From the NCBI RefSeq assembly GCF_006345805.1, contig NC_043001.1, positions 62,372,001 through 62,436,000 of the forward strand: a stretch of 64,000 bases of DNA. The letters run 5' to 3'. Positions 25,176-39,099 of the stretch are shown here, in pieces. The DNA comes from Octopus sinensis (taxonomy: Eukaryota). The notes beneath the pieces were generated by a model. The model worked only from the letters and a program-made list of their open reading frames with translations. It was not told where the DNA came from and made no database searches. Each line of letters opens with the position of its first letter. The stretch's first letter is position 1. Made by a program: the position numbers and the translations under genes.

Positions 25176-25324
25176 TGATGGGCTTCTTTCAGTTTCTGTC
25201 TACAAAATCCACAATTTCAACCAATCAATGACGTGTATTCAGCTGAATAAAATTCCTGCTGTTGTGTATATTTCATTTGTCACTGTTATTTATGACATCG
25301 CTTGTGCGTTTGTACTGGTTTTAG

Positions 25325-25430
25325 CTTTAGGGTTTTTTGGTTAGGGTTAGGGTTTTAGGGTTAGGTTTGGGGTTTCAGGGTTAGGGTTTTGAGGGTTGGG
25401 ATTAGGGTTTTAGGGTTAGGGTTAGGGTTA
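25325..25430 (+). repeat. Degenerate (TTAGGG)n array
   Basis: Imperfect TTAGGG/TTTAGGG units. Confidence 0.8.
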
Positions 25431-26459
25431 CGGAAAAAATGAAAATTGAAGAAATTGGATGGGGCCAAAAAATTTCAAAATTCCAATTTTTGGCAATTTT
25501 CAGGAATCTCCGTATCTGAAAAGCTGGGTTTTTGGCAAAAAGAAATTTTAAAAAACAATAATTTGTGAGAAAATTGGGGTGGGTGGGGAGGAAGTCTTTC
25601 CAAAAATAGTAGCTGAAAAATAGGAAAAACCTAAAAAGCAGTAGAAATGCACAGACGATTATGGTGATGTCATGAAGTAAACGAGCTTCAGATACACTCG
25701 TTTATTCATTACGAACGTAACTGAGATGAAATATGTCATAATGAATAACAGGGACAAACAAAATATACACCGCTGGAAGTTGTTGTCAAAAAACAACAGT
25801 AGTAATTTTATTTGGCTGAATACACGTCATTGATTGGTTGAAATTACCAAAATACAGCTTTAGCACGAAATAACTTCATAAATAGAAACATTTCTCCACA
25901 ACACTATGAGTAAAAGGTGTTTTATATGACACATTCTACGTTTGAAAGAGTTTAGTTACAAAAAATTCATTTCTCAATCTGCCAATGAATGTGAAAAAAT
26001 TCGGGAAATGAAATACTGTAACTGAAGAAATTGAGGGAAGTTAAGAGAAGTTAAAAGAAGTTGAAATATACGTAGGGTCAATGAAAAGACTTCATCTCAG
26101 TGAAGGAGCATCTCCACAAGGCCACAGCATCCAGCACCGTATTCCAACAATGTGATGGGTATTTCTTCACCCGATACTGGCAAGTGGGACAGATATCATC
26201 AACCTCAGAATCACTAAAGCACACTTCATTGAGAAGAAAGTACCCACCTTTAACTGTCAGAATGAGCTCAACAGCTGAAAGTATATCTACTGCTTCCAGA
26301 GTTTTTAACCAACACCAACAATAACCACCACAAAAAATAAATCGAAAGAAGGCACTTTGATCTGAAAGCGCTCACATGAATAAATCTAATCTAACAACTA
26401 GCAACAAGGCTATCCACAGATTAAACTCCACATGTAGGTCGTATCTTTCTATCTACTGT

Positions 26460-26467
26460 TCTATTTC

Positions 26468-26500
<33 letters not shown>

Positions 26501-26515
26501 TTATCTATCTATCTT
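26460..26515. repeat. (TCTG)n/(TCTA)n microsatellite
   Basis: Direct reading. Confidence 0.9.
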
Positions 26516-28399
26516 TCCACCTGTCTCTTATGTCCATGAACTTTCTAAAAGAAAATTGTTTAAGCTTTTATAACCTTTGAACCTTTTGGAACTTTAAATT
26601 TAAAACTTTATAAACTTTAAATCTTTAAAATCTTAAAACTTTAAGGCTTGAAAACCTCATGACTGAATTTTCTGAGATACTTTGAGAATTTTTTGAGAAG
26701 GGTTTTTGAAATTTGTGAAGTTTTATTAAACCTTAAAAAACATTTTTTTAAATTCTAAAAAGAAATGTTCATCTTCTTTTGTCTTGTTCTTAATTGCTTT
26801 TAACTTCTTTTAGCTTACCTTAATTCATTCAGTTACAGTATTTCATCCTCCTCCTTTACCTTCTTAACCTCTCCTACAAAAGGCGTTACCCTGTCATCTT
26901 TCTATACAGTCCAATTTGTTTTTTTGTATAAATGCGCCGATTGGAATGTAACACATATGTATATGATACATATATAATACAAAACTGAGAAAAAATTGTA
27001 AAACATGATCAAAGAAAGAAAAAAGGAAAAATCACATCAATTCAACAGAAAACACATCAATTCAACAAAAAACATCAATTCAACAAAAAAAAAACAATTC
27101 AACATCGTGCTCAATTGGTTGCACACTACAAGGTTCAATAGAACCTATCAAAGCAAGTCAACATGTTCTTGGCATTACTATGGATGATGGCAAGGCATTG
27201 GAACAATCAAGTACCTTCATGGGCATCACTTGACACTTCAATAAGGCAAACCAACAACAACAACAAGAACTTTGCCATTAGCAGCCCAGCTCCTCCAAAC
27301 ATCTCAAATGCCACAGGCTGGAAAAGTGGTTCACTGACAAGTCCCGATACTTAAGGATTTTGTTCCATTCAGCTACAGAAGCAGTGACCCTATATTTACT
27401 ACAGCATCCAGGATAGTTGTCAATTCCTAAGTTATTGTATTTTCTCAGAGTTAGTCTTTCTCATAGATTCTTGTTGTCTCTCCAATGCTTAATCTTCAGG
27501 AAATTCAAATGCTTGGTCAATCTCAGACTCTCTCCAGAGTCCTGCAACCAGGCTGCTTTACCCAAATGGTTTGAGGGTCATAAGTGCTCATCTCCATCTC
27601 TTATTTTCTTGCCTCCATCTACATCCGCTGCCCTTTGGTAGGGATATCCTTTCCTTTCCAACATGGACTAGTTCCAACAGGAAAATGGGTGAAGCTCTGT
27701 TTTAGTGGAGAGAGCTCATTTTCTCAGTTCCTGACATAGCTGAGGATTGAGAGTAGCAAAGAGTATGGGACAATCTGTGCTCCAGTTCCACTTTCAACTC
27801 CCTTTTTGATCAATCTGATAAATTCTCAAGGTGTTGCCTACTTTCTGCAAAAGCAAAATTCTCTGTGGCTAACATTAGCATTCCGCTTTGTCTCCATTGC
27901 TCTCAACGTTTGGTGGGGATTGAGATGTCGCTGTTGTAGGCCCCTTAACTCTACAAACCTTCACAGTTTGTCTTGCTGCCTAAATGCTGTTTTGCTCATC
28001 ACACCAAGCTAAACTTAATCATTAAGTCAGGGTCTGCTTAATGATTAAGGTTAATATCCCCTCAGTTCTGGAGCTAGTAGGATTATCCAGAAGTGATGGG
28101 AAGAGACCATAATCTTCATCCCTGTGTAAGAGGAAGGTTTCTTACATGGGATACTTTGTGACTCCTTTGCTCCCTCCCACATCCAGAATGCTGTGGTAAA
28201 TGGAAGGGTTACTGCTTCTATAGCCAAACAGAACAAAATCTTTAAGTACCGGGACCTATCAGTGAACCATTTCTTCCAGCTTGTAGCATTTGATATGTTT
28301 CGAGGAACTAAGCCACTAACAGCTAAGTCCTAGCCCATTTTTTTACCTGAATGATGCCCTATTTTTGTTTGTTCCTAATTAATTTGTAGCAAGACCAGT

Positions 28400-28720
28400 T
28401 TGTATTGTTGCATTAAGTTTGGTTTACATAGGTTCACCACACTAATTTGTTGTGATTGCTTAACTTACCTATCATATGAGTTATTGGACATTTATTGAGT
28501 CCTGTTTTGTGATTAGTTGAATGTTATGCAGGAATTGGGTCACAGTTTCAATCATGTTGTGTGTAATATATTTCAAATAACTAATACTGTATGTGTCCTG
28601 GAGCTTCCCTTTTACCATAAATTGGTGTGACAAATTATTAATGAGTCAGACAGGTGAGTTTGTAGATCCTGACATTTCAGAGGAGGGTTGATATATAACA
28701 GAGCGCATGATCCACGGAGA
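28400..28720 (-). mobile_element. Fragment of the same Gypsy family as 16797-20190
   Basis: 28530-28705 aligns with 19668-19860 (CAATCATGTTGTGTGTAATATATTTCA...GAGTCAGACAGGTGAG). Confidence 0.7.
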
Positions 28721-29099
28721 AATAAAGTCCCAATGTTATTTTAAAGATGGTTTCTTTTGTTGCCTATACAAATGAACGCACGAAATGTATTATTTAATGA
28801 TATACATGATACTTTAGTAAAATCAGGGAATTTTTTCCTTGTAAAAAATTATTACTCCTTTTTTTTTTTTTTTTTTGTCCCAAATATTTATTTCATTTAT
28901 CGAATAACACTCTATTTATGTATCTTCCAAGTGATTGCTTTTTTAGTTTGTCCCAAATAACCTCTCAAAATCTTCAGGGAAGAGAAAGGGAAGGACTTCA
29001 GGGCAGGGAAATAAAAAAATGGATTTGGTAGATGAAAACTGAAAGAAGCCAATCGTATATATGTATATATATATATATATATATATAAATGTGATGCCC

Positions 29100-31030
29100 T
29101 AGATACAAATAATTACAGAGGTATCAAGCTGTTGGATCAGGTAATGAAGGTTACGGAGAGGGTCATAGCCCAACTAATTAGAGAGTTAGTTTAGATGAGA
29201 TGCAGTTTGGGTTCGTGCCAGTGAAAAGTACCACTGATGCTATATTCCTGGTAAGGCAGCTGCAGGAGAAATACCTAGCCAAAGATAAGCCCCTGTACCT
29301 GGCTTTCGTTGACATGGAGAAAGCCTTTGATAGGGTCCCCCGATCCCTTTCTGGTGGTCAATGAGGAAACTAGGAATGGCTGGTGAGGGCTGTGCAAGCC
29401 ATGTACAGAGATGCCGTAAGCAAGGTTAGGGTTGGCAACATGTACACAGAAGAATTCAAAGTAGAGGTTGGGGTCCACCAGGGTTCAGTACTCAGCCCCC
29501 TCCTATTTATCATAGTCCTCCAGGCAATAACAGAGGAATTCAAGACAGGTTGCCCCTGGGAGCTCCTCTATGCTGACGACCTCGCTCTAATTGCTGAGTC
29601 ACTATCAGAACTGCAGAAATTCTAGGTGTGGAAGGAGGGTTTAGAATCGAGGGGCCTTAGAGTCAACCTAGCTAAAACCAAAGTACTAATAAGTAGAAAG
29701 GTAGGCAATCCACAAATGTCCTCAGCTCGATCTGTAGAAAGGGTGTAGGTAGAAACTCTATAAAATGTACCCAGTGTAAGCTATGAACACATAAGAGGTG
29801 CAGCAATGTCAAAGGTAGGCTAACTGGGAAGATAGTCTTTATATGTGGCAAATGCTTGGGAGCATTGACCTCCAAAAATCTGCAGAAAACAACTTCCGTC
29901 ACTTTCCAGAGCTCTTACCTCTGCTGGTGACTAAAGGCCTCTCGCTCAGAGTAAAAGGCAGACTGTATGATGCATGTGTTTGAACTGCCATGCTACATGG
30001 CAGTGAAACATAGGCCGTGACTGCTGAGGACATGCATAAGCTCATGAGGAATGAAGCCAGTATGCTCCGATGGATGTGTAATGTCAGTGTACTTACTCGA
30101 CAGAGTGTTAGTTCCCTAAGGGAAATGTTGTACCTAAGAAGCATCAGTATGGTCATGTGGCTAGAATGGATGAAGATAGGTGTGTGAGAAAGTGCCAATC
30201 CCTAGCAGTTGAGGGAACCCGTGGAAGAGGTAGACCCAGGAAAACCTGGTCTCACCATGGAAATGAACAGAGACCGAGACCTATGGAAGTATGACTAGTG
30301 AAGCCATAACCCGTGGCCCCTACCTGGGACGTAGTCAGTCCGCCTGTGCATACCTTCCTGCTTGTGACACTTGTGAAGACCTGTTGAGGCAAATCAGATC
30401 AAAGTCAAATCGAATCAAGTCAAACCAAATCAAAATAGATGAACATCAATGGAATTTGTACCCTTGTGGTACCAGTGCCGGTGGCACATAAGAAAACCTT
30501 CCGAACGGGACTGTTGCCAGTACCGCATCGACTGTCCTCCGTGCTGTGGGCACGTAACAAACACCGTCCGAGCGTGGACGTCTGCCAGCGTCGTCTGGCA
30601 CCTGTGTCGGTGGCACATAAAAACACCATCCGAGCGTGGCCGTCTGCCAGCCTCGTCTGGCACCTGTGTCGCTGGCACATAAAAACACCATCCGAGCGTG
30701 GCCGTCTGCCAGCCTCGTCTGGCACCTGTGTCGGTGGCACATAAAAACACCATCCGAGCGTGGCCGTCTGCCAGCCTCGTCTCGCACCTGTGTCGGTGGC
30801 ACATAAGAACACCATCCGAGCGTGGCCGTCTGCCAGCCTCGTCTCGCACCTGTGTCGGTGGCACAAAATCACCACTGCACTCTCGGAGTGGTTGGCGTTA
30901 GGAAGGGCATCCAGCTGTAGAAACACTGCCAGATTTGACTGGCCTGTTGCAGCCTTCGGGCTCCCCAGACCCCAGTTGAACCGTCCAACCCATGCTAGCA
31001 TGGAAAGCGGACGTTAAACGTTGATGACGA
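29100..31030 (+). mobile_element. RTE-clade LINE, 5' truncated and internally deleted, with 3' UTR minisatellite and (GAT)n tail
   Basis: QFGFVP..STTDAIFLVRQLQEK, FVDMEKAFD, GVHQGSVLSPLLF, LLYADD, RGRPRKTW. Confidence 0.9.
30560..30865 (+). repeat. 62-bp GC-rich minisatellite (~5 copies)
   Basis: CCTGTGTC recurs at 30601, 30663 and 30725; each unit contains GCCAG-loop-CTGGC. Confidence 0.9.
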
Positions 31031-31034
31031 TGAT

Positions 31035-31265
31035 GATATATATATATGTATGTATGTATGTGTGTGTATATGTTTGTGTTTGACCTCCTAACATCGCTTG
31101 ACAACTGATGCTGGTGTGTTTACGTCCCTGTAACCTAGCGGTTCGGCAAAAAGAACGAATAGAATAAGTACTAAACTTACAAAGAATAAGTCCTGGGGGT
31201 CGATTTGCTCAACTAAAGGCGGTGCTCCAGCATAGCTACAGTCAAATGACTGAAACATGTAAAAG
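31035..31265 (+). mobile_element. Octopus-type SINE 3' part
   Basis: Reverse complement of 20302-20530. Confidence 0.85.
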
Positions 31266-32739
31266 ACTGAAAGAATTGTAACTTTTTTTATTATCATCAA
31301 TTTGTTAGGAGAAAGTGTAATGCTGCTGAAAATTCGATAAACTTTAAATGGTTGGAGGAAATTTAAAAGATCCAAAATTATAATTTTGGAATGTTTTTTG
31401 CCCACAAATTTCCATTTTTAAAAAATATTTTACCCTCCTCGCACTTTATGTACTTTTCCTTCCCCACAAAGTAATGATAGCAATTCCTAAAGCATAATGA
31501 AATGTTCCGTTGCCCAAAAAAGCCAAATATTTAATATAGGGCAAAGAAGTATAGTGCAAATTTAAATGCTTTCTCCATGGGGGAACTGTTCCTTGTTAAG
31601 TAAAGGACTCTGCAAAGTTGAATTAGAAGGATTGGCTACAGTTTGGATGGTGGGAAAGCTTAAGAGCTATGGTATTCTTTGTACATTAGATAGTGGTCTT
31701 ACTGTATGAATGCAACCCAATTTGGGATGAGATTTTCCAAGCATCATTAGGTATCGTTTTTTTCCTGAACAGCTGCAGTGCAATTATGAGCAAACTATTG
31801 GGGAGACTTGAGACACTAAGTTTTTGCTATGTGTGGGATGTAAAGCGACATAGCTAAAAAAGAGGGTTTCAGCCATCTGTATCACTGTTTCAAAGGAGCA
31901 TGAATGAAACACTTGCTACCAAGGATACATGACATAAAACTTGTGGCGCTCCAACCAGTCAACTGACTTGAAGTGCCATAAGATACAGGAGGAAAGGGAT
32001 TCTGTGTAGTATGTGATTATCTGCTGGATAATTGCAATGAGACAAAGGCAAGAGGATCAGATACAGTTTGGAAGAGACTGTATGTTGAGGTAAGAAAGAA
32101 ATCAAAGGTGTGTTGATTTGGAATATGAGTTGCAACGAGTTAAGGGTAGCAAAGATTCAACTTCCACACTGATAGATTGGTCTAGGATGAGTGTGAGAGC
32201 CATAAAGTGTTGAGAGCATTGAAGTCATCAGATAAGATGACTTCAGATAGGGGGAAAAAGATAGATGTTCTCAGTGCGGAAGATATTATCAAATAGTTGC
32301 TGATGGTTTGAGGAGTTTAAAGAACAATGGAGTGAGCAGATGTATTTAGGGGAATGAGGAGGGAGACTTTAGGTCTCAATAACTGGAAATTATTGTTGCT
32401 GAAATCCAGGTGAGACAAGGAGAGTGAAGTCTAGGATGTGTGTGATGTGTAGAATCTAGATGGGAGAGATGTTGAATGTTCAAGAGGAGGCCAGAGTGTT
32501 TGAGTTTATTTTGTTGACAGCATGGAGAGCATAGATGGTAATGGTGCATGCATAGGTCATGGAAATGCTCTGTCTGGATGCCTCAACAGAGTGAACTATG
32601 TTAAAAGTATCAAATGGCCATATGGTGGTGTTAAACTGGGCAGCAGTGAGGAAGGCTATAAGCCTATTGAAAGAGGCTACATTAAAAAGTACAAAAAGAA
32701 AAGGGAGGAAATGAAAGAAACAGCAATAACTTAAACAAC

Positions 32740-33260
32740 TACTGAACAAGCTAAACATGTTGAGGGACATCCCACATGAACTAGAGTGTAGCAGATCCCT
32801 GTCAGCATATGCTGACGACATTACCACAGTTGTGTCGAACACCAAACACATTGAGATATTCAGCACTGCTCTCAGGGAATACAAAGTGGTAACAGGAGAG
32901 AAAATTAACCAGGAAAAGTCAGTGGGCTTGTGGCTCAGCACCCATTAAAGCAAGTCCATGCCATTTAACTGCTTTGCTGAATGCTGAATAGAAAGATTGG
33001 TTAAATTGCTCAGGATATGGTTTGATCTTGACTTTCAGAGTAGCAAAAACCAGGATGGTGTAAGTAGAGTAGCTAAGAGATGGCAAACGCATACATCACA
33101 TCCATCATCTACTACCACCTGAGCATTACTGTACCAGCACATTTAATCTTTTGGTTCTTGTGAAAGGGACACATTTCAATGGTCAGGAAATCCATGGTGG
33201 ACTGGGCATGCCATGGCTGGTGATGTGTAAACATGCACTGAGGCCATGACATCTCCAGCG
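32740..33260 (+). mobile_element. Tx1/L1-clade LINE RT fragment
   Basis: SAYADDITTVVS...YKVVTGEKINQEKSVGL, homologous to 61615-62070. Confidence 0.75.
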
Positions 33261-33273
33261 CATTCTTGAGGGT

Positions 33274-36200
33274 TGTCATAAAGAGCATGATTTGTGTTTG
33301 TATTAGATGTTTCACTTCTCATGATTAACTCTTGCCACCTCGTCTGCGTTGTACTTCAAAATGAAGAGAACAGACTGTACCTCGAAATAACGAGGCCAGA
33401 TTGTACCTTGAAATAAGGAGGTCAGATCCTGTACACTATAGATCTTTATTGCAATCAGACCTGGAAACAATGCAGCAGTGGATCATGAACTGGCAACTCA
33501 AGCTGGCTGTAGACAAATGTAACACCATGCATTTTTGGAGGAAAACCCAGCATCTACTTACTCCCTCCACAACACTAATCTAAAAAAGTCTTCTTGTGAA
33601 CGTGACCTGGGCATTACTGTTGAGAGCAATTTGTGTTGGACAAAGCACATTGCTAAAATTGCCAAGGCTGAGGGTGTCTTGGCATCACTCACCAAGTCCT
33701 TTGTGAACTGTTCTTTGGCCATCTATCTGCGGCTTTATATAGCTATGGTGCGACCTCACCTGGAATTTGCATCAGCGGCCAGTAACCCCTATCTTGCCCA
33801 GGATATTAATCGTCTGGAAGCCGTTCAGTGATGTGCAACCAAGAGAATACCCTCTATCAGGCATTTGCCATATTTTGAACACCTTACTTCCCTGGGCATG
33901 GATACATTGAAACTCTGACATGTGGCAACTGACTTGGCAGACACCCATAAATTATTAATCTGAGCACCTTTTCAATAACTCTGAGCACCTTTTCAAACTC
34001 CATCTGTCTAACACCCGTGGACATGTTTACAAAGTCAGAAAACAGCACAGCTCCCATAACTTTCAGAAACATTTTTTCACGCTAAGATTTGCTGAAGCAT
34101 GGAACAAACTGCCGGCATCAGTTGTTAGTTGTCGGAGCACTGCATCCTTCAAAACTTCCATGCTTCCAGAGATTCGCCAACGCTACACCTGATTTTCTCC
34201 CCTCCATACACATGCATGTATCTGACGCATACACTGTTAACTTTCCAACTTTTGACAACTTGTGGTGCACCTGAGCACTGTATACAATAATTTCATTAGT
34301 ATATTATATACTGCGACGTAAGCTATATTGAATGTTAAATAAAACCTATCATAAGGTCACACTGTAAACTGTCTTCAATTTATTTAAAATTCAAAATGGA
34401 GCATTTCTTCGACTGGATGCTTTGATGTCAACCCTGATTCTCCTGATACTGCAAAGAACTGGAACCACTAGTACCAAACTTTCAACAATTTCTTATCCTT
34501 TGTTGAAGATCAAAATCCTGATAAGCTCCACTTGCTGACAAATTTCATGGCTCCATCAGGGTACAAATATATTGCAGAATGTCCTGATTATAAAACTGCT
34601 ATTGAAACTCTTGAAAACTTGTATGTTAAACCAAGAAATGAAATATTCACTAAGCATATTTTTGCCACTACAAAACACGATCTTGGACAAGTTTTTGCAA
34701 AAACTTGAAAGACTTTCCAAAGAATACAACTTTAAAGCTGTTACTGCAGAAAAGAATCATGAAGATGCCATTCGAGATGCATTCATTATATCAGACAGAG
34801 ATTGTTGGAAAATAAAACCCTTGACAATCAAAGGGCTTTTAACCTGGCTCAAACTCTTGAAATGGTTGAAAAGTAATCCCTTACTTAAACAACACATACT
34901 CCTTGTTGTAATATCTCTTTGAACAAGAATCTGGAGATACATCATCTACGACAGCAGCAGTGAACTCCTCGAAATGTTGCTTTTGTGGTTACTCTTGCCA
35001 TCCTAGGTCAAAATGTCCTGAACAGTATGCCACTTGCAAAAGATGTAGTAAGAATTTGTATTTGCCACAGATCCTCAGCTGAATATAGTTATTACTGCAG
35101 TTGCACCTGCTAGCCTGTCTAAGCTATTATCAATATTTCCTTCAATAATGCCTCTATCAAAACTCTTGTTGACACTGGAAGTTCTGAGAGCTACAACTGC
35201 TCTGATCTTGCCAAATCCATGTAACTAGATACTTATCCCTCAGAGAGAAAGACTTCCATGGCTTCCATGAAACTTTCAACTGTAACAAAAGCACATTGTT
35301 TTGTGCAAATTTGGTAACAAGGTCAAGACTATGACAATGTAAAACTTAACTTGTTACCCAGACTGTTCAGATGTTATACTGGGACATGATTTCTTGGACC
35401 TGCATGAAAGACTTCAGATTTCTTTCAAAGGAGAAAAACCTACTTCTGTTTGTGGAGTAGCAGCAGCAAAAGTTGAAGCACCATGCTTATTTTGCAAGCT
35501 GTCCCTAGATTGAAAACCAATTGCAACAAAGTCTTAGTCTTGCCATTTTTCAAAGCCCAACAAACAGTTCATTGAATCTGACAGGATATATAGCTATGTG
35601 ATGACAGGATTAAGCCTTCAAAGTCACCCTGGAGAGCTCGGCTTTTGGTAACAATAAATGAAAGACACAAGAAAAGGCTCGTAGTTTATGTAAAACCATT
35701 AATCACTTTCTTCAGCTCAATGCTTATCCATTGCCAAAAACCGATAAGATGGTTGCAGCACATAACATCAGATACCAATTAAGGAAAAAGAGAGACATTT
35801 TACAGCTTTTGAAGCCAGAGCAACCATTTTAAGCATATTCCTTTTGGGATTGCCAATGGAGTTGACTGTGTTGAACGCATCATGGACAATATGAATAGAG
35901 AAGAGAAGATCAAGAATATTCCTGCATACTTGGATAATATTACTATTTGTGGAAAGAATCAAGAAGATCATGGCCAGAATAAAGCAGTATAAAATAACCT
36001 TCAATGAAAAGAAGAGCATTATCAGTGCAAGTTACTAGGGTTTCAAGTATCAAAAGGAAACATCAAACCTGATCCTCAGAGATTGCAACCATTAAAAGAA
36101 TTTACTGACCTACATGACTCCAAATCTTAAAAAGGGTCATTGGCATGTTCTCTTACTACTCATCATGGATTTTGCATTTTTCTGATAAAATTCATCCACT

Positions 36201-38139
36201 GATAATAAATAAAATATTCCCCTTACCAGTAAAATTAAAAAATGCCTTTGAGTATCTGAAAGCAGAAATCACAAAAGCAATTGTTGTGACTATTGACCCG
36301 ACTTTGTGCCTAGTGGTTGAGAGGGATGCCTCAGACACAGCTATTGCTTCAACTCTTAATCAAAATGGAAAACTCATTTCCTTTTTCTCAAGATCAGTGA
36401 GTCCAAGTGAAAAGAATTGCTCATCAGTTGAAAAAGAGGCTTACACAATCATAGAAGCTCTTCAAAAGTAGAAACATTATCTTCTTGCCAAGCATTTCAA
36501 ATTAATCACAAACCAAAAGTGTATTACTTTCATGTCTCACAATGCCCAGACAAACAAAATCAAGAATGATAAAATACAGCACTGGCATATTGAACTGTCT
36601 TCCTACAGTTATCATGTTGTCTGCAGGACTGGAACTGAAAATCTCACAGCTGATGCGCTATCTCATGCTTTCTGCTATGCTTCCACCTTGGGTAGTTCTG
36701 ACAGACTTAAAGAAATCTATTCCCCTCTTTGTCATCCAGGAATCCTTAGAATGTTTCACTTTGTAAAATCTAAAAACTTACTCTTCTGCATCAACGCAGT
36801 GATGCAAATGACTGCAAATTGTAATGTCTGCTGTGAACTCAAATCTTTCTACAAACATTTTGACTCTTATTTGATTAAAGCAACACAACCTTTTGAGAGA
36901 CTCAGTGTTGACTTTAGCGGACCTTTGCCTTCTAATTCCTACAAGTATCTTCTTGCTGCCATTGATGAATACTCGCACTTCCCTTTTGCCTTCCCTTCTC
37001 CCAACAAGTGTTTCAGCTGTCAAAATATGTTTTTATAAACTTTTCTCCCTCTTTGGCATGCCCTTCTATATTCATTCTGACAGGGAGACAAGTTTCATGT
37101 TTTTACGTAGTAAAGGAATTACTATGAGTAGAACCATAGCATTTAACCACAGAGGAAATGGGCAGGTTGAATGCCTCAATGGAACTCTGTAGAAAACTGC
37201 GACACTGGCTCTGAAGACAAATGGATTGGCAATCACTCAATAGGAACTGGTTCTGCAAGAATCCCTGCATGCAGTCAGGTAGAGACCAGTGTACAGCAAC
37301 CAATGAAGACTCATGGAAGACTTTTCTGATATAAACATAAATCTACAACTGGTGTAACTCTTCCCAGTTGGCTTTTATCACCGGGTCCTATTCTAATGAG
37401 ACAAAATGTGAGAACTTCCAAATATGAACTGCTGGTGGATGAAGTGGAGTTAATGAACTGCAATCCAATTTATGCTCATGTTAAACTGCAGGATGGGAGA
37501 GAAACTAGTGTCTCTAAGTCAGCTGTCTCCACCTAAAAGAAAGGACGTGGCAGACCTTCGCGTTTAAGAGCCAGCTCCTATCTCGCAGCTCCTGGACAAG
37601 CTGCACCTGCTAAAAGGCATGAGTACCTTTCAAGCAAGGCTTGCTAATACTTGTGAACAATATGAATATTCTACTCTTGTGGAGGGAGCTGTCTTCTATT
37701 GACTATAATACTAACCAAAATAAATCTCCTAATTCCAATATTAACCCTAATCATTCCACTAATTCACTGTCACTGCACTAACTTTATTAGAACCAGACCT
37801 TACAACTTGCGTAATAGAGAAGCCTATTTACCCTACATAGTCCAATTGCTCTGAAGATTGAGAAACCTCAACACCCTTTAACAAACAACAAAACTCTTTA
37901 AACAAACACATGTTGTGAAATGTTTCTTCCTCCTCATAGGAGGGGTGAATGTCATAAATAGCATGATTTGTGTTTGTATCTAAAGTTTGTCCTCATTAGA
38001 TGTTTCATTACTCATGATTATTTCTTGCCATCTTGTCTGCTTTTATTGTAGATCATCCTGTGAAGTATACTGTATTGAATGTTAAATAAATCCTACCATA
38101 AGGCCATGTCTGTCTTTTGTAAATTCTCTTACTTCAACA
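33274..38139 (+). mobile_element. Degenerate Ty3/Gypsy LTR element with split 5' LTR
   Basis: 5' LTR 33274-33360 plus 34305-34378 matches 3' LTR 37950-38139; PPT AGGAGGGGTGAA 37938-37949; gag, TLVDTGSS protease, RT, RH (ERDAS, EKEA) and IN (DFSGP, HSDR) remnants. Confidence 0.85.
33360..34300 (+). mobile_element. CR1-clade LINE 3' fragment inserted in the 5' LTR
   Basis: LQSDL...W...WQLKLAVDKC, ERDLGI, LYIAMVRPHLEFAS, LEAVQ. Confidence 0.85.
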
Positions 38140-39099
38140 GTGAATCAGTTTTTGCTAGACACATGTTTCCCTACCTTGTCGCTTTGGCAGAGCTACAGCC
38201 CTGGGTCAAGCAAAGACAAACGAAGTGCGCTTAGAAAGTTCAATGTCTTCAAGAACTATCAACCCTCTCAGCCTGTCAAGTATTGTGATAGATAGTAAAT
38301 CCACTAATAACAGGTAAAATCAATGACATTCTTGGGGAAACCCTGGGCATTGCAGATAATCAACTAGCCACTTCTAGAGAACTTTTGGCCCATCCAAAAG
38401 TTGGTAACATCCAGAAATTCCTGGACTGGCAGTGCTATCAGGGAGCATTGCTAGTTTGAGATAAACTCTACAGCTGAACACGTCCAAGATGTGCACAGGG
38501 TGACGAAATCTGCATATGCTTTTCCAAGGCCCAAGCATTCCTGTCCTCTGGATTTATGTCAAACAGCTGCTGTCACATGGAGTGGATCTGAATATCTACT
38601 GAATCCATCATGAAGATTGCTCCACTGCCTTCGTTTAACCAGGAAGGGTAGACAGTTTTATATGCATGGTTGATGTGATTGAAGAGGCTGAAGACAAATA
38701 CGTCCTCCTTTGGCCTAACACCCATCAACTTTGGCAAGTTACACTTGAAGAAGAAAACAAAAGTGGAGAGGGGGAGTCTTGCCTTTCAGCCATTTTGTTG
38801 AAAGGCGGATTATTATTACAACTGGGGTTTTCTGAAAATCCACCCATCCATCAGATCACCTATGGGTGTTTATTTAGATGGGTGGTTATTTGTGGTTAAA
38901 AGTTGAAACAGAGTTAGTGTTCTGGTTTGCATTCTGTTTAGACATTCATTTGCTCTGTTTGGCACTAGTCTTATTTCGTCAGTTTGATAGTTTGTCAGCT
39001 GCACCATGCCACTTGTCTGATCCAATTTGTTGTCATTGCTACGTGATCTGATTTACCGTGAATATCTCAATTTGTAACACGAGTTCTTACTGAACACTG

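Larger units (their letters stand above)
20190..26000. mobile_element. Long-TIR (foldback) DNA element split by a SINE and a PLE
   Basis: 20190-20295 and 25205-25260 are inverted relative to 25805-26000; TIR sequence is related to the 14265-14684 MITE; TTAGGG-like array inside. Confidence 0.7.

Noticed and set aside
25325-25430. True telomere or chromosome-fusion site
   Set aside because: Short, degenerate, and embedded within a TIR element.
30420-31001. Overlapping ORFs and regular repeats suggesting a CRISPR array or repeat protein
   Set aside because: Units are contiguous 62-bp copies with no unique spacers, lie in a LINE 3' UTR, and the ORFs are by-products of a stop-poor repeat.
31900-32480. 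Possible CR1/L2 endonuclease remnant on minus
   Set aside because: Too degenerate to assign motifs with confidence.
33265-38145. Target-site duplication for the third Gypsy element
   Set aside because: Flanks (GGGT and GTGA) do not match convincingly.
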